A stretch of DNA of 63,157 nt. Source: Eubacteriales bacterium. GTDB taxonomy: Bacteria > Bacillota > Clostridia > Oscillospirales > CAG-272. The position numbers and the translations under genes were made by a program. This document shows, piece after piece, positions 1 to 7,853 of this stretch. The stretch lies in contig JAZPZM010000172.1 of the NCBI GenBank assembly GCA_045544735.1, positions 1 to 63,157 of the forward strand. Reading direction: 5' to 3'. The notes below the pieces were generated by a model. That model was given only the letters and a program-made list of their open reading frames with translations, searched no databases and was not told where the DNA came from. The stretch's first letter is position 1. Every line of letters starts with the position of its first letter.

Positions 1-54
1 CGTACTTTTGTCAAGAGCTTTTTGCACATTTTTTGATTTTTGGGAATAATGTCA

Positions 55-83
55 TTGACTTATTTAGAATTTGATGATATAAT
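55..83 (+). promoter_or_regulatory. Sigma-A-type promoter of the MATE leader
   Basis: TTGACT (55-60), a 17-nt spacer, then TGATATAAT, an extended -10 with TATAAT at 78-83. Confidence 0.7.
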
Positions 84-150
84 AAATACCAACATAATGA
101 TTCGTCACCGGAGGCTGTGTACCGTAGTACCGTAATGCCGGATTAGGTGT

Positions 151-205
151 CCAAGTGAGCTTGGGTTATTGTTTAGCAATAGCCGAGGCTCTATTTTTGT
201 TTTTT
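151..205 (+). promoter_or_regulatory. Attenuator: antiterminator hairpin competing with an intrinsic terminator upstream of the MATE gene
   Basis: CCAAG-TGAG-CTTGG (151-164) overlaps the 5' arm of the hairpin GAGCTTGGGTTATTG / CAATAGCCGAGGCTC (157-191). That hairpin is followed by TATTTTTGTTTTTT (192-205). Confidence 0.6.
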
Positions 206-220
206 AGGAGGTTTTACACT

Positions 221-1570
221 ATGGATTCCGAGATTTTTGAAAAACTATCGCCAACGAAGCTGTTCTTCAATTGTGCGATACCATCTATGATAACAATGGC
301 GTTTGGTGCGCTCTATCAGATTGCTGACGGGTTGTTCGTTGGTCGGTTTATCGGTGAGGATGCACTTGCTGCCGTCAATCTCATTATGCCGATCATTATG
401 ATTGTGTTTGGCTTTGCTAATTTAATAGCCACGGGAGCATCCGCACGTATCTCGATTTTGCTTGGAGAAAAGAAGCGTGAAGAAGCATCGCAGGTGTTCA
501 CCTTCACACTAAAACTCATTTTCTTGATTTCCTGCATTGTAGGTGCGGTTGGATTTATATTTGCCGAGCCCTTCGTGCGATTTCTTGCACCGGGTGCTAC
601 CGAGCAAGCAATCGAATACGGTATTACGTACACGCGCGTTTATGCCGCCTTTGCTCCCTTGATGCTGATCTTTCACGCTACCGACAACTACCTCCGTGCT
701 TGCGGCAAGGAACGGCTTTCTATGTGGTTAAGCATAGGAACACAAGCATTCAACATTGTACTTGATGTAATTCTCATCGTTTTCCTTGGTCAAGGCGTAT
801 GGGCGGCGGCATTTACAAGCTGTCTTGCAATGGCTCTTGGTTCGGTCATTACGCTTATCCTTTTCCGAAAGAAGCGTATGGATTTGTACTATACCAAAGG
901 CAAGATTGAAAAGGCAGTGTTCTTCCGCATCCTCGCCAACGGATCAAGTGAATTCTTCAGTAGTATCTCGATGTCGATTATGTCTATCGTGTATAATTTC
1001 TTTTTGCTCAAATACGGTGGCACAACCGCTCTTGCTGCATTCTCGGTTATCATGTACGTGGATAGCATCATCGGAATGCTCGTGTTCGGTATGTGCGACT
1101 CACTCCAACCTGCCATCAGCTATTGCTACGGCGCAGGACTTATGAGTAAAGTAAAAGCGATATTCCATCGCATTATTCTCGGAGCTATCGTTCTATCCGC
1201 AGCTTCACTCCTGTTTATGATGTTCGCAGGTCAGTATGTAGCGCCTTTGTTCGTCAAACCCGAGGATACCGAGCTTTTGGCGGTCAGCATCATCGGTATG
1301 AAGCTATTCTCCCTTTCTTATCTTACGGGTTGGGTGGATATGTGCTTCTCGTCCTATTTCACCGCACTCGAAAGACCTGTTCGTTCAATGCTTACATCAT
1401 TCTTCGGTACGCTTGTTTTCCCGATTGGAGCATTGTTTGCCTTGACACCTTTTCTTGAACTCAATGGTGTTTGGCTCAGTGCGCTTGCATCGTGTACGTT
1501 AAGTGCAATATTTACGGTTATGCTTTATCTGACATTGAATGCCAATATCAAAGCAAAGAAAACTCAATAA
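221..1570 (+). CDS. MATE family multidrug/toxin efflux transporter
   Basis: ORF 155-1570. 'PSMITMAFGALYQIADGLFVGRFIGEDALAAVNLIMP' is the MATE/NorM N-terminal signature, with about 12 hydrophobic segments. ATG 221 lies 9 nt after AGGAGG (206-211). Codons 155-220 overlap a terminator hairpin. Confidence 0.9.
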   Translation: MDSEIFEKLSPTKLFFNCAIPSMITMAFGALYQIADGLFVGRFIGEDALAAVNLIMPIIMIVFGFANLIATGASARISILLGEKKREEASQVFTFTLKLIFLISCIVGAVGFIFAEPFVRFLAPGATEQAIEYGITYTRVYAAFAPLMLIFHATDNYLRACGKERLSMWLSIGTQAFNIVLDVILIVFLGQGVWAAAFTSCLAMALGSVITLILFRKKRMDLYYTKGKIEKAVFFRILANGSSEFFSSISMSIMSIVYNFFLLKYGGTTALAAFSVIMYVDSIIGMLVFGMCDSLQPAISYCYGAGLMSKVKAIFHRIILGAIVLSAASLLFMMFAGQYVAPLFVKPEDTELLAVSIIGMKLFSLSYLTGWVDMCFSSYFTALERPVRSMLTSFFGTLVFPIGALFALTPFLELNGVWLSALASCTLSAIFTVMLYLTLNANIKAKKTQ

Positions 1571-1588
1571 AATTTTGGAGGATTGACT

Positions 1589-2161
1589 ATGATTACAACA
1601 GAAAGACTGATACTTCGTCCGTTTACGGAAAATGATGCGGTGGATTTGTTTGAATATCTGCACGAGCCAACGGTGCATTGCTTTTTTGATATGAAAATAT
1701 CCTCGATGGATGAAGCCAAAGAGGAAGCTGTCAAGCGCATGGAAACCGATTGCTATTTTGCCATTGAGCTGAAGGATACCGGCAAGGTGATCGGCGAGAT
1801 CTTCGTTCACCCCGACGGAGAAGGTATGGAGGAAGACTGTTCGGAGGGCGGATATTCCGATGATACGTATAGCCCTTGTTGGATGCTGAATAAGGATTAT
1901 CACGGCAAGGGATATGCATACGAAGCGGCTAACGCTGTATTCAACTATCTTTTTAACGAGAAAGGCGCACGTAGGCTCTATGCATATACGGAGGACTATA
2001 ATATTGCAAGTCAGAAACTCTGCGAAAAGCTCGGTATGCGCCAAGAAGGATTATTTATGGAGTTCATATCCTTTGTGAATGACGAAAACGGCTATCCTAT
2101 CTACGAGAACACCTATCAGTATGCGATACTGAAAAAGGAATGGGATAAGCGCGGTAAATAA
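1589..2161 (+). CDS. GNAT family N-acetyltransferase (RimJ/RimL-like)
   Basis: 'ITTERLILRPFTENDAVDLFEYL' opening and 'HGKGYAYEAANAVFNYLF' acetyl-CoA motif. ATG 1589 follows GGAGG (1577-1581); TTG 1583 is an alternative start. Confidence 0.85.
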   Translation: MITTERLILRPFTENDAVDLFEYLHEPTVHCFFDMKISSMDEAKEEAVKRMETDCYFAIELKDTGKVIGEIFVHPDGEGMEEDCSEGGYSDDTYSPCWMLNKDYHGKGYAYEAANAVFNYLFNEKGARRLYAYTEDYNIASQKLCEKLGMRQEGLFMEFISFVNDENGYPIYENTYQYAILKKEWDKRGK

Positions 2162-2177
2162 CTTTTGAAATGTTTGA

Positions 2178-2215
2178 GGGCTGACGGAAATCAATCCGTC
2201 AGCCCTGTTTTGTGT
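2178..2215 (+). terminator. Intrinsic terminator after the GNAT gene
   Basis: GGGCTGACGG-AAATCAAT-CCGTCAGCCC followed by TGTTTTGTGTTGTTT. Confidence 0.75.
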
Positions 2216-2249
2216 TGTTTATACCGATAAATTGGAATTTGACTACTTG

Positions 2250-2789
2250 TTATTCTGATTCTATTTTTATTTCAAGCAACCTTTTTTTCGTGCGAACATT
2301 GTACTTCAACGTATACGTTGCGATCCCATTCACAATTGCATTGTGGATTTCCATAAGCTCTTTTGAAATATCCTCTTCGTTTGCATACCAACCTAAAAAA
2401 GTGGTTGGTTCTTCACCGAATAATCCTTTTCCTTCATTTTTACCGAAAAGTGCATACTGTGGCGATGCTTTTCCACCAGACATTTTTTGAGAAGACACAA
2501 CCTTATGACAAGTAGCAATTACACGTTCAATTGGTGATGTTATCGTGATTGTTCCTGTTACATTCTGCTTTTGGGTATTGGATTTTTGCGCAATCTCCGT
2601 TTCCATTAAACTGTCCAGCGAAACACTCAATTTACTTGAAAGCAACAACAACTTTTCCACTTCCGGGTAGCCAATTCCTTGTTCCCATTTTGAAACGGCT
2701 TGACGACTCACATCAAGAATCTCCGCTAACTCCTCCTGCGATATTTGTTTCTCTTTTCTTAGTTGTTTCAGATTTTCTGCAAAGCTCAT
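2250..2789 (-). CDS. XRE-family HTH transcriptional regulator with uncharacterised C-terminal domain
   Basis: 'LKQLRKEKQISQEELAEILDVSRQAVSKWEQGIGYPEVEKLLLLSSKLSVSLDSL' is a canonical Cro/C1 HTH. The ~110-aa C-terminal part has no motif I recognise. Confidence 0.85.
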   Translation of the reverse strand: MSFAENLKQLRKEKQISQEELAEILDVSRQAVSKWEQGIGYPEVEKLLLLSSKLSVSLDSLMETEIAQKSNTQKQNVTGTITITSPIERVIATCHKVVSSQKMSGGKASPQYALFGKNEGKGLFGEEPTTFLGWYANEEDISKELMEIHNAIVNGIATYTLKYNVRTKKRLLEIKIESE

Positions 2790-2864
2790 ATACCTTACCT
2801 CCTTTACACAACTAATTATACAACACAGACAAAGCGAAATCTACCAACCTATATTTGCGTTTTG

Positions 2865-2879
2865 GCAACTTAAAGTTGC
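2865..2879. promoter_or_regulatory. Perfect 15-bp palindrome, candidate operator of the XRE regulator
   Basis: GCAACTT-A-AAGTTGC, 76 nt upstream of the XRE start codon (2789, minus strand). Confidence 0.45.
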
Positions 2880-2978
2880 AAACTAATACAATTATGGACA
2901 TTGCTCCATAAATTCTTATTTATCGGTGAGTTTATTATATCATATTTCTATGAACTTATCAACCGTTCAAACCTATAA

Positions 2979-3004
2979 GGGCTGACAGCTTTTTCTGTCA
3001 GCCC
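2979..3004 (-). terminator. Hairpin downstream of the DUF6809-like gene, with the same stem sequence as the 2178-2205 hairpin
   Basis: GGGCTGACAG-CTTTTT-CTGTCAGCCC. The U-tract is weak on the minus strand (CTTATAGGTTTG). Confidence 0.5.
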
Positions 3005-3011
3005 TCGTGGG

Positions 3012-3278
3012 CTATTCAGTTAATGTTTCTATCGCGATCTGCATTCCGAGCTTGAAAGCGTATGTAAAGATGGCTTCCTCGGCGCAGCTCACGTATTCGC
3101 TCCAACAATCGTCGAACTTTTCAAAGATTTCCTTTTGTTCGTCGGTCATTGTTTTGAGCAGGTCATCGTGATGCCGCGCCATAAATTCCATAAGCTGCTT
3201 CATTTCGGGAGAGTTGTTTCGGCTATCGGTCTGAGAGCAGATATTTCCGTGCCACAGTTCTTGCAGGATTGACCTCAT
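3012..3278 (-). CDS. Small helical protein of the DUF6809-like type, usually found next to TnpV on Clostridia transposons
   Basis: 'MRSILQELWHGNI...EQKEIFEKFDDCWSEY...FKLGMQIAIE'. The ATGA start/stop overlap with the upstream TnpV gene supports start 3278 rather than the longer ORF-track start 3347. Confidence 0.7.
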   Translation of the reverse strand: MRSILQELWHGNICSQTDSRNNSPEMKQLMEFMARHHDDLLKTMTDEQKEIFEKFDDCWSEYVSCAEEAIFTYAFKLGMQIAIETLTE

Positions 3279-3640
3279 ACGTAGACCACCTCCCGCAAAA
3301 CGATTTCTTCCGCGCTTGCTTTGATGTTGTTCATCTCGGCAACCCAACGGAGCATATCGTGAGATTTCAAGTTTTCATCAATACCTCTTTCGGTAGCAAC
3401 GCGAGAGATAATGTTTTCCACCATCGTTTTAGCTTCAACGTCAATCTCATAGAGCCGCTGATTGAGAGCACCTTCCGAGAGAAGATTTGTGTAACGACCT
3501 TTGCGATGCGCTTTGAGATATTCGAGGTGCAATCTTCCGTACTTGCCGATTTCCTTTTGTTCGGGAAGTTCAAGCAAGGGGTAATATTGCTCGCCTCTGA
3601 GTTCGTAGGTAATTCCGTTTTCTTTAATGTACTTTTCCAT
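3275..3640 (-). CDS. tnpV: Transposon-encoded protein TnpV
   Basis: 'MEKYIKENGITYELRGEQYYPLLELPEQKEIGKYGRLHLEYLKAHRKGRYTNLLSEGALNQRLYEID' matches the TnpV family (Tn4451-type). ATG 3640 has a GGAAGG SD 8 nt upstream; GTG 3649 is an alternative start. Confidence 0.75.
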   Translation of the reverse strand: MEKYIKENGITYELRGEQYYPLLELPEQKEIGKYGRLHLEYLKAHRKGRYTNLLSEGALNQRLYEIDVEAKTMVENIISRVATERGIDENLKSHDMLRWVAEMNNIKASAEEIVLREVVYV

Positions 3641-3822
3641 ATGTTGCACCTTCCTTTCCTTTGGTGCTTTAAGTGTACTATAAAGACGGAAAAACTACAA
3701 ATGTGCAAAAAAAGAAAAATACGAGAAACACCGAAATGTTCTCGTATTTTTCTTCGCCTCCGCAATGCTCGTAATTCTTAATTCTCAGAAACTGTCCTTA
3801 AGAACGAGCAGCAGAAAGCCCT

Positions 3823-5064
3823 TTATTTTTTTTCGTCAAGCTGTGCCTTGTGCTTTTTGCCTACGTTTAATTCACTTTTATACGACGAGCCGCGAACGAT
3901 GGTGTCCGAGCCGTATTTTCCGCGTATCTTGTCGACCGCCTTGTCCACCGCCCGCGCCTTTGAGCGCTTTTCGTTTCCGAAAATAGACAGTTGCTCGTTC
4001 CCCTCGCGCGAAACGTCCGTCAGCGAAACGCCGATGAGGCGCAAGGGCGTGTGATAATCCCAAAGCTCCGACAGGAGCTTTTTTGAAAGCGCGTATATCT
4101 CGTCGGTTATGTCGGTGTCCATATCAAAATGCCGCTGGTGCGAGCGGTCGCGGAAGTCCGCGGTGCGTATCGTAACCGACATACAGGACGCCGTCGCGCC
4201 GTCGGCACGCATACGCGACGCCACGCTGTCGCAAAGGGCAAGAAGCACGCGGTGCGCGCTTTCCTTGTCCGTTACGTCCTGCGAAAGAGTGGTAGAGTTT
4301 CCGTACCCCTTTGCCGCATCGTGATGCTGTAGCACGGGGGAATCGTCAATGCCATTTGCAAAGCTGTGTATCTGCTCGCCAAGCTTTTTGCCGACGGTGT
4401 ATTGCACGGAGCGCAATTCGCGCCGCGCAAGGTCGCCTATCGTTTTTATCCCCGCCGCTTCAAGTCTGTCGGCGGTCGCCGCGCCGACTGTGAAAAGCTC
4501 GCGCACGGGGAGCTTCCACATTTTTTCCTCTATTTCGTGCGAAAAAAGCGTGTGTACCTTGTCGGGCTTTTCAAAATCACTCGCCATTTTTGCAAGGAGC
4601 TTGTTTGAGCCGATGCCGACGTTTACGGTAAATCCGAGCGTGTCGCGTATCTTGTTTTTTATCTCGTGCGCGGTCGCTATGGGGTCGGGGTATATCGTTG
4701 ACGTGCCGCTCATATCGAGAAAGCACTCGTCGATGGAGTATTTTTCGACCACGGGCGCATACTCGCGGCAGATATCCATAAACGCACGCGAATTCTTTTC
4801 GTAAAGGCGGAAGTCGGGGCGCGCCAAAACAAGCTCGGGGCATTTGCGAAGTGCCATTCCGATTGGCTCGCCCGTCTTGACTCCCATCTTCTTTGCGGGG
4901 ATGGATTTGGCAAGGATGATGCCCGTGCGCCGTTCGGGGTCGCCGCCGATGGCGGACGGAATAAGGCGCAAGTCGCTCTCGCCGCGAGAAACGCGCCGCG
5001 CCGCTTCCCACGAAAGAAACGCGCTGTTGACGTCTATGTGAAAAATAAGTCTGCCCGATGCCAT
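3823..5064 (-). CDS. dinB: DNA polymerase IV (Y-family translesion polymerase)
   Basis: 'IFHIDVNSAFLSWE', 'SIDECFLDMSG' and 'VGIGSNKLLAKMAS' motifs. Start taken at MASGRL (5064); the ORF-track start 5130 adds 22 non-conserved residues. Confidence 0.9.
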   Translation of the reverse strand: MASGRLIFHIDVNSAFLSWEAARRVSRGESDLRLIPSAIGGDPERRTGIILAKSIPAKKMGVKTGEPIGMALRKCPELVLARPDFRLYEKNSRAFMDICREYAPVVEKYSIDECFLDMSGTSTIYPDPIATAHEIKNKIRDTLGFTVNVGIGSNKLLAKMASDFEKPDKVHTLFSHEIEEKMWKLPVRELFTVGAATADRLEAAGIKTIGDLARRELRSVQYTVGKKLGEQIHSFANGIDDSPVLQHHDAAKGYGNSTTLSQDVTDKESAHRVLLALCDSVASRMRADGATASCMSVTIRTADFRDRSHQRHFDMDTDITDEIYALSKKLLSELWDYHTPLRLIGVSLTDVSREGNEQLSIFGNEKRSKARAVDKAVDKIRGKYGSDTIVRGSSYKSELNVGKKHKAQLDEKK

Positions 5065-5222
5065 TTCTCGCCACCCCCTTTTTATTTCAGTATAACCTAT
5101 TTTTTGTGAGAAATCAAGAAAGTATTTCATTTTTTTAAAAACGCACGCCTATATCGCGCTTTTTATTGCAATATCGACGGCTATATGATATAATAAAAGA
5201 ATAAAAAATAAAGGAGCTGACT

Positions 5223-5756
5223 ATGGAAATTTACCACGGAAGACCTGTTGATATATCGGACAGAGAAGCGAAGGAGATAAGAGTTTACGATCTTCTTGAC
5301 TCGCTCGGAGTAGAATACGAAAGAGTAGACCACGAGGCGGCAATGACTATGGAGATATGCCGCGACATTGACGCGAGCCTCGGTGCGGTAATATGCAAAA
5401 ACCTCTTTCTTTGCAATAGACAAGCAACGGATTTTTATCTGCTTATGATGCCCGACGATAAGCCCTTCAAGACCAAGGACATCTCGGCGCAGATAGGCTC
5501 GTCACGCCTCTCGTTTGCGACGGCGGAGCATATGGAAAAATATCTTGATATCACCCCTGGCTCCGTCAGCGTTATGGGGCTTATGAACGACAAGGATGGG
5601 GCGGTGCGCCTTCTTATCGACGAGGACGTGCTCGCGGCGGATTATTTCGGCTGTCACCCCTGCGTGAATACCTCAAGCCTTAAAATAAGCGTTGCAGACC
5701 TCAAGGAAAAAATAATTCCCGCACTTTCTCATCCTTATACGGTGGTTAAGCTATAA
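5223..5756 (+). CDS. YbaK/ProX-type aminoacyl-tRNA editing domain protein
   Basis: 177 aa. 'AVICKNLFLCNRQATDFYLLMMPDDKPFKTKD' and 'ITPGSVSVMGL...CHPCVNTSSL' are typical of the prolyl-tRNA synthetase-associated editing domain. Confidence 0.8.
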   Translation: MEIYHGRPVDISDREAKEIRVYDLLDSLGVEYERVDHEAAMTMEICRDIDASLGAVICKNLFLCNRQATDFYLLMMPDDKPFKTKDISAQIGSSRLSFATAEHMEKYLDITPGSVSVMGLMNDKDGAVRLLIDEDVLAADYFGCHPCVNTSSLKISVADLKEKIIPALSHPYTVVKL

Positions 5757-5772
5757 AATTTTATAAAAGGTA

Positions 5773-5801
5773 TTGACAAATTCGGTTTAATGTGCTATCA
5801 T
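5773..5801 (+). promoter_or_regulatory. Promoter of the yerC-his operon
   Basis: TTGACA (5773-5778), a 17-nt spacer, TATCAT (5796-5801). Confidence 0.65.
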
Positions 5802-5812
5802 TTTAGCATATT
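5789..5812. promoter_or_regulatory. Imperfect palindrome overlapping the -10 box, candidate YerC/HisR operator
   Basis: AATGTGCTA-N6-TAGCATATT, with 8 of 9 arm positions complementary. It spans the -10 hexamer. Confidence 0.4.
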
Positions 5813-5834
5813 AAAGGATTAAAGAGGATTTGCT

Positions 5835-6131
5835 ATGAAAAATCATCATAAGGAACGCACCTCACAGCTTTGGAGGGCGATACTTTCGCTTGAAAACGAG
5901 GATGAGTGCGCAAGCTTTTTTGGCGACCTTTGCACCGTTGCGGAGCTTGAGGAAATGGCAAAGCGGCTTGAGGTCGCAAAGTGCATTGACGGCGGAATGT
6001 CATACGGCGACGCCGCAGAGCGCACGGGCGCAAGCACCGCTACCATAAGCCGTGTAAAGCGCTCGCTTTATTACGGAAACGACGGCTATCGCACGGTGAT
6101 AGACAGACTTAAGGACGAAGAGGAAAACTGA
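5835..6131 (+). CDS. yerC: TrpR-like YerC/YecD family regulator, first gene of the his operon (candidate histidine repressor)
   Basis: 'FFGDLCTVAELEEMAKRLEVAKCIDGGMSYGDAAERTGASTATISRVKRSLYYG' is the YerC/YecD TrpR-related signature. Its stop overlaps the hisZ ATG (ATGA at 6128-6131). Confidence 0.85.
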   Translation: MKNHHKERTSQLWRAILSLENEDECASFFGDLCTVAELEEMAKRLEVAKCIDGGMSYGDAAERTGASTATISRVKRSLYYGNDGYRTVIDRLKDEEEN

Positions 6132-7225
6132 TGAAAACACTTAACGAGCGTGTGCTTGACACACTTAGCGAGCTTTATCGTGCGTACGGATACGCAAAAT
6201 ATAAAATGAGCGGCTTTGAGGAATACGACCTCTACGCCGCCAACCGTGATTTTCTCGTAAGCGGACAGATACTTACCTTTACGGGAGCGGACGGCAGACT
6301 TATGGCGCTCAAGCCCGACGTTACGATGTCCATTATCAAGGACGCGGAGAATGAAAAGGGCAGAGTGGATAAATATTTTTACAGCGAGAACGTCTACCGC
6401 GTTCCGTCGGGCGCTCACGAATTCCGCGAGATAATGCAGACGGGCATAGAGTGCGTCGGTGATATCGGCGACTACGACCGCGCGGAAGCCGTTTTCCTTG
6501 CTTGCCGCAGTCTTGCGGCAGTCAGCGAGGATTTCGTCGTCGATATTTCCCACATGGGACTCGTTTCGGGCGTGCTTGATAAGGCAGAGCTTGACGAAAC
6601 GGAAAGAGCGGCGGCAATTGAGGCGTTGAAGAGTAAAAATCGCGGTGCGCTTGCCGCAGTTTGCGCAAGGCTTGACGACGATATGAAATACACCGTTATG
6701 GGACTCGTTGACGTTTGCGGCGTGCTTCCCGACGCTATCGAGGCGGCAGAAATGCGCGGAATGAACGTTAATGAAAAGACCGCCGCGGCACTTCTTACCC
6801 TGCGCCGTATTGCGGATGCGGCGGGCGAGAGTGCCGACAAGCTTCGCCTTGATTTTTCCGTCGTTCACGATATGAATTATTACGACGGTATCGTTTTTGC
6901 AGGATACGTCCTCGGCATTCCCGAAAGCTTACTGCGCGGCGGTGAGTACGGTTGCCTTATAAAAAAGATGGGCAGAGTGGGAAGCGCCGTCGGCTTTGCG
7001 GTTTATACCGACCTTATCGACCTTATTGACAAGGGTGAGCGCGGTATTGACGCGGATATTCTTCTTGTTTGCGGCGACGATGCCGAGCCCTGCGCCGTTG
7101 CCGACGCGGTCGAAAGACTTCGCGCGCTTGGCAGAACGGTGCTCGTTCAGCGCTCCCTTGCAGGGCGCGAGCGTTGCCGAAAGGCTATGAGACTTTCGGG
7201 TAGGAGGTTTGAGGAAATTGAGTAA
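6131..7225 (+). CDS. hisZ: ATP phosphoribosyltransferase regulatory subunit (HisRS paralogue)
   Basis: HisRS-like fold ('ILTFTGADGRLMALKPDVTMSI', 'YENVYR...EFREIMQTGIECVG') with no anticodon domain. It lies directly upstream of a short-form hisG. Confidence 0.85.
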   Translation: MKTLNERVLDTLSELYRAYGYAKYKMSGFEEYDLYAANRDFLVSGQILTFTGADGRLMALKPDVTMSIIKDAENEKGRVDKYFYSENVYRVPSGAHEFREIMQTGIECVGDIGDYDRAEAVFLACRSLAAVSEDFVVDISHMGLVSGVLDKAELDETERAAAIEALKSKNRGALAAVCARLDDDMKYTVMGLVDVCGVLPDAIEAAEMRGMNVNEKTAAALLTLRRIADAAGESADKLRLDFSVVHDMNYYDGIVFAGYVLGIPESLLRGGEYGCLIKKMGRVGSAVGFAVYTDLIDLIDKGERGIDADILLVCGDDAEPCAVADAVERLRALGRTVLVQRSLAGRERCRKAMRLSGRRFEEIE

Positions 7226-7853
7226 TAAATATTGTCTTAACGTAGCTCTGCCCAAGGGCAGACTTGGTGAAAAGGTCTATTCCGTGTTCGAGCGTGCGGG
7301 ATTTTCCGCCGAGGGAATACACGACGGCGGACGTAAGCTGATATTTGAAAATGCGGAAGGCACGCTCAGATTTTTCTGGGTAAAGCCCTCCGACGTTGCC
7401 GTGTACGTTGAGCGCGGCGCGGCGGACATCGGCGTTGCGGGCAAGGACATTCTTCTTGAATACCGCCCCGACGTGTACGAGCTTCTTGACCTCGGCATCG
7501 GAAAATGCCGAATGGCAGTTGCCGCCAAAAACGGCTTTTGCGACGATACGAGCCGCACTCTGCGCGTAGCAACGAAGTTCCCGAATATCGCGGGCGGCTA
7601 CTATCGCAGTATGGGCAGAAAAATTGATATAATCAAGCTTAACGGCTCTATCGAGCTTGCGCCCATTCTCGACCTTTCCGACGTTATCGTCGATATCGTC
7701 GAAACGGGAAGCACGCTTCGTGAAAACGATCTTAGCGAGTATGAAAAGATATGCGATATCAGCGCGCGACTCGTTGCAAACAAGTCAAGCTGGAAATTCA
7801 AGCGCGAGATGATGGAAAAGATATGCCGCGCATTTGAAGAGGAAATGAAATGA
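7209..7853 (+). CDS. hisG: ATP phosphoribosyltransferase, short form
   Basis: 'LNVALPKGRLGEKV', 'DVAVYVERGAADIGVAGKD' and 'DIVETGSTLREN'. At ~210 aa it lacks the C-terminal regulatory domain, which fits the presence of hisZ. The start is TTG 7209 or TTG 7218, after AGGAGG at 7202-7207. Confidence 0.9.
   Translation: MRKLSNKYCLNVALPKGRLGEKVYSVFERAGFSAEGIHDGGRKLIFENAEGTLRFFWVKPSDVAVYVERGAADIGVAGKDILLEYRPDVYELLDLGIGKCRMAVAAKNGFCDDTSRTLRVATKFPNIAGGYYRSMGRKIDIIKLNGSIELAPILDLSDVIVDIVETGSTLRENDLSEYEKICDISARLVANKSSWKFKREMMEKICRAFEEEMK

Larger units (their letters stand above)
1..3780. mobile_element. AT-richer accessory island carrying a recombinase-less TnpV/DUF6809 transposon remnant
   Basis: MATE, GNAT, XRE, DUF6809-like and TnpV genes all look AT-richer by eye than the genes from dinB onward. 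No integrase or transposase lies within the window, and the left edge is beyond the window. Confidence 0.35.

Noticed and set aside
15-30. GCTTTTTGCACA near the window start as a third copy of the cassette right end (CGCTAATTTTGCACA)
   Set aside because: Only a 9-nt match (TTTTGCACA). The TTAGCGG core is missing, and the context lies beyond the window edge. It is compatible with chance or a simple -35-like box.
97-135. 12-codon uORF (MIRHRRLCTVVP) in the MATE leader as a stalling peptide
   Set aside because: It has no Shine-Dalgarno sequence and lies only ~7-10 nt from the predicted transcription start. I cannot show conservation. It is kept only as an alternative inside the leader finding.
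155-220. Upstream in-frame extension of the MATE ORF (GTG 155)
   Set aside because: The extension runs through the terminator hairpin and U-tract and has no SD. ATG 221 has a perfect AGGAGG at optimal spacing, and the conserved MATE N-terminus starts there.
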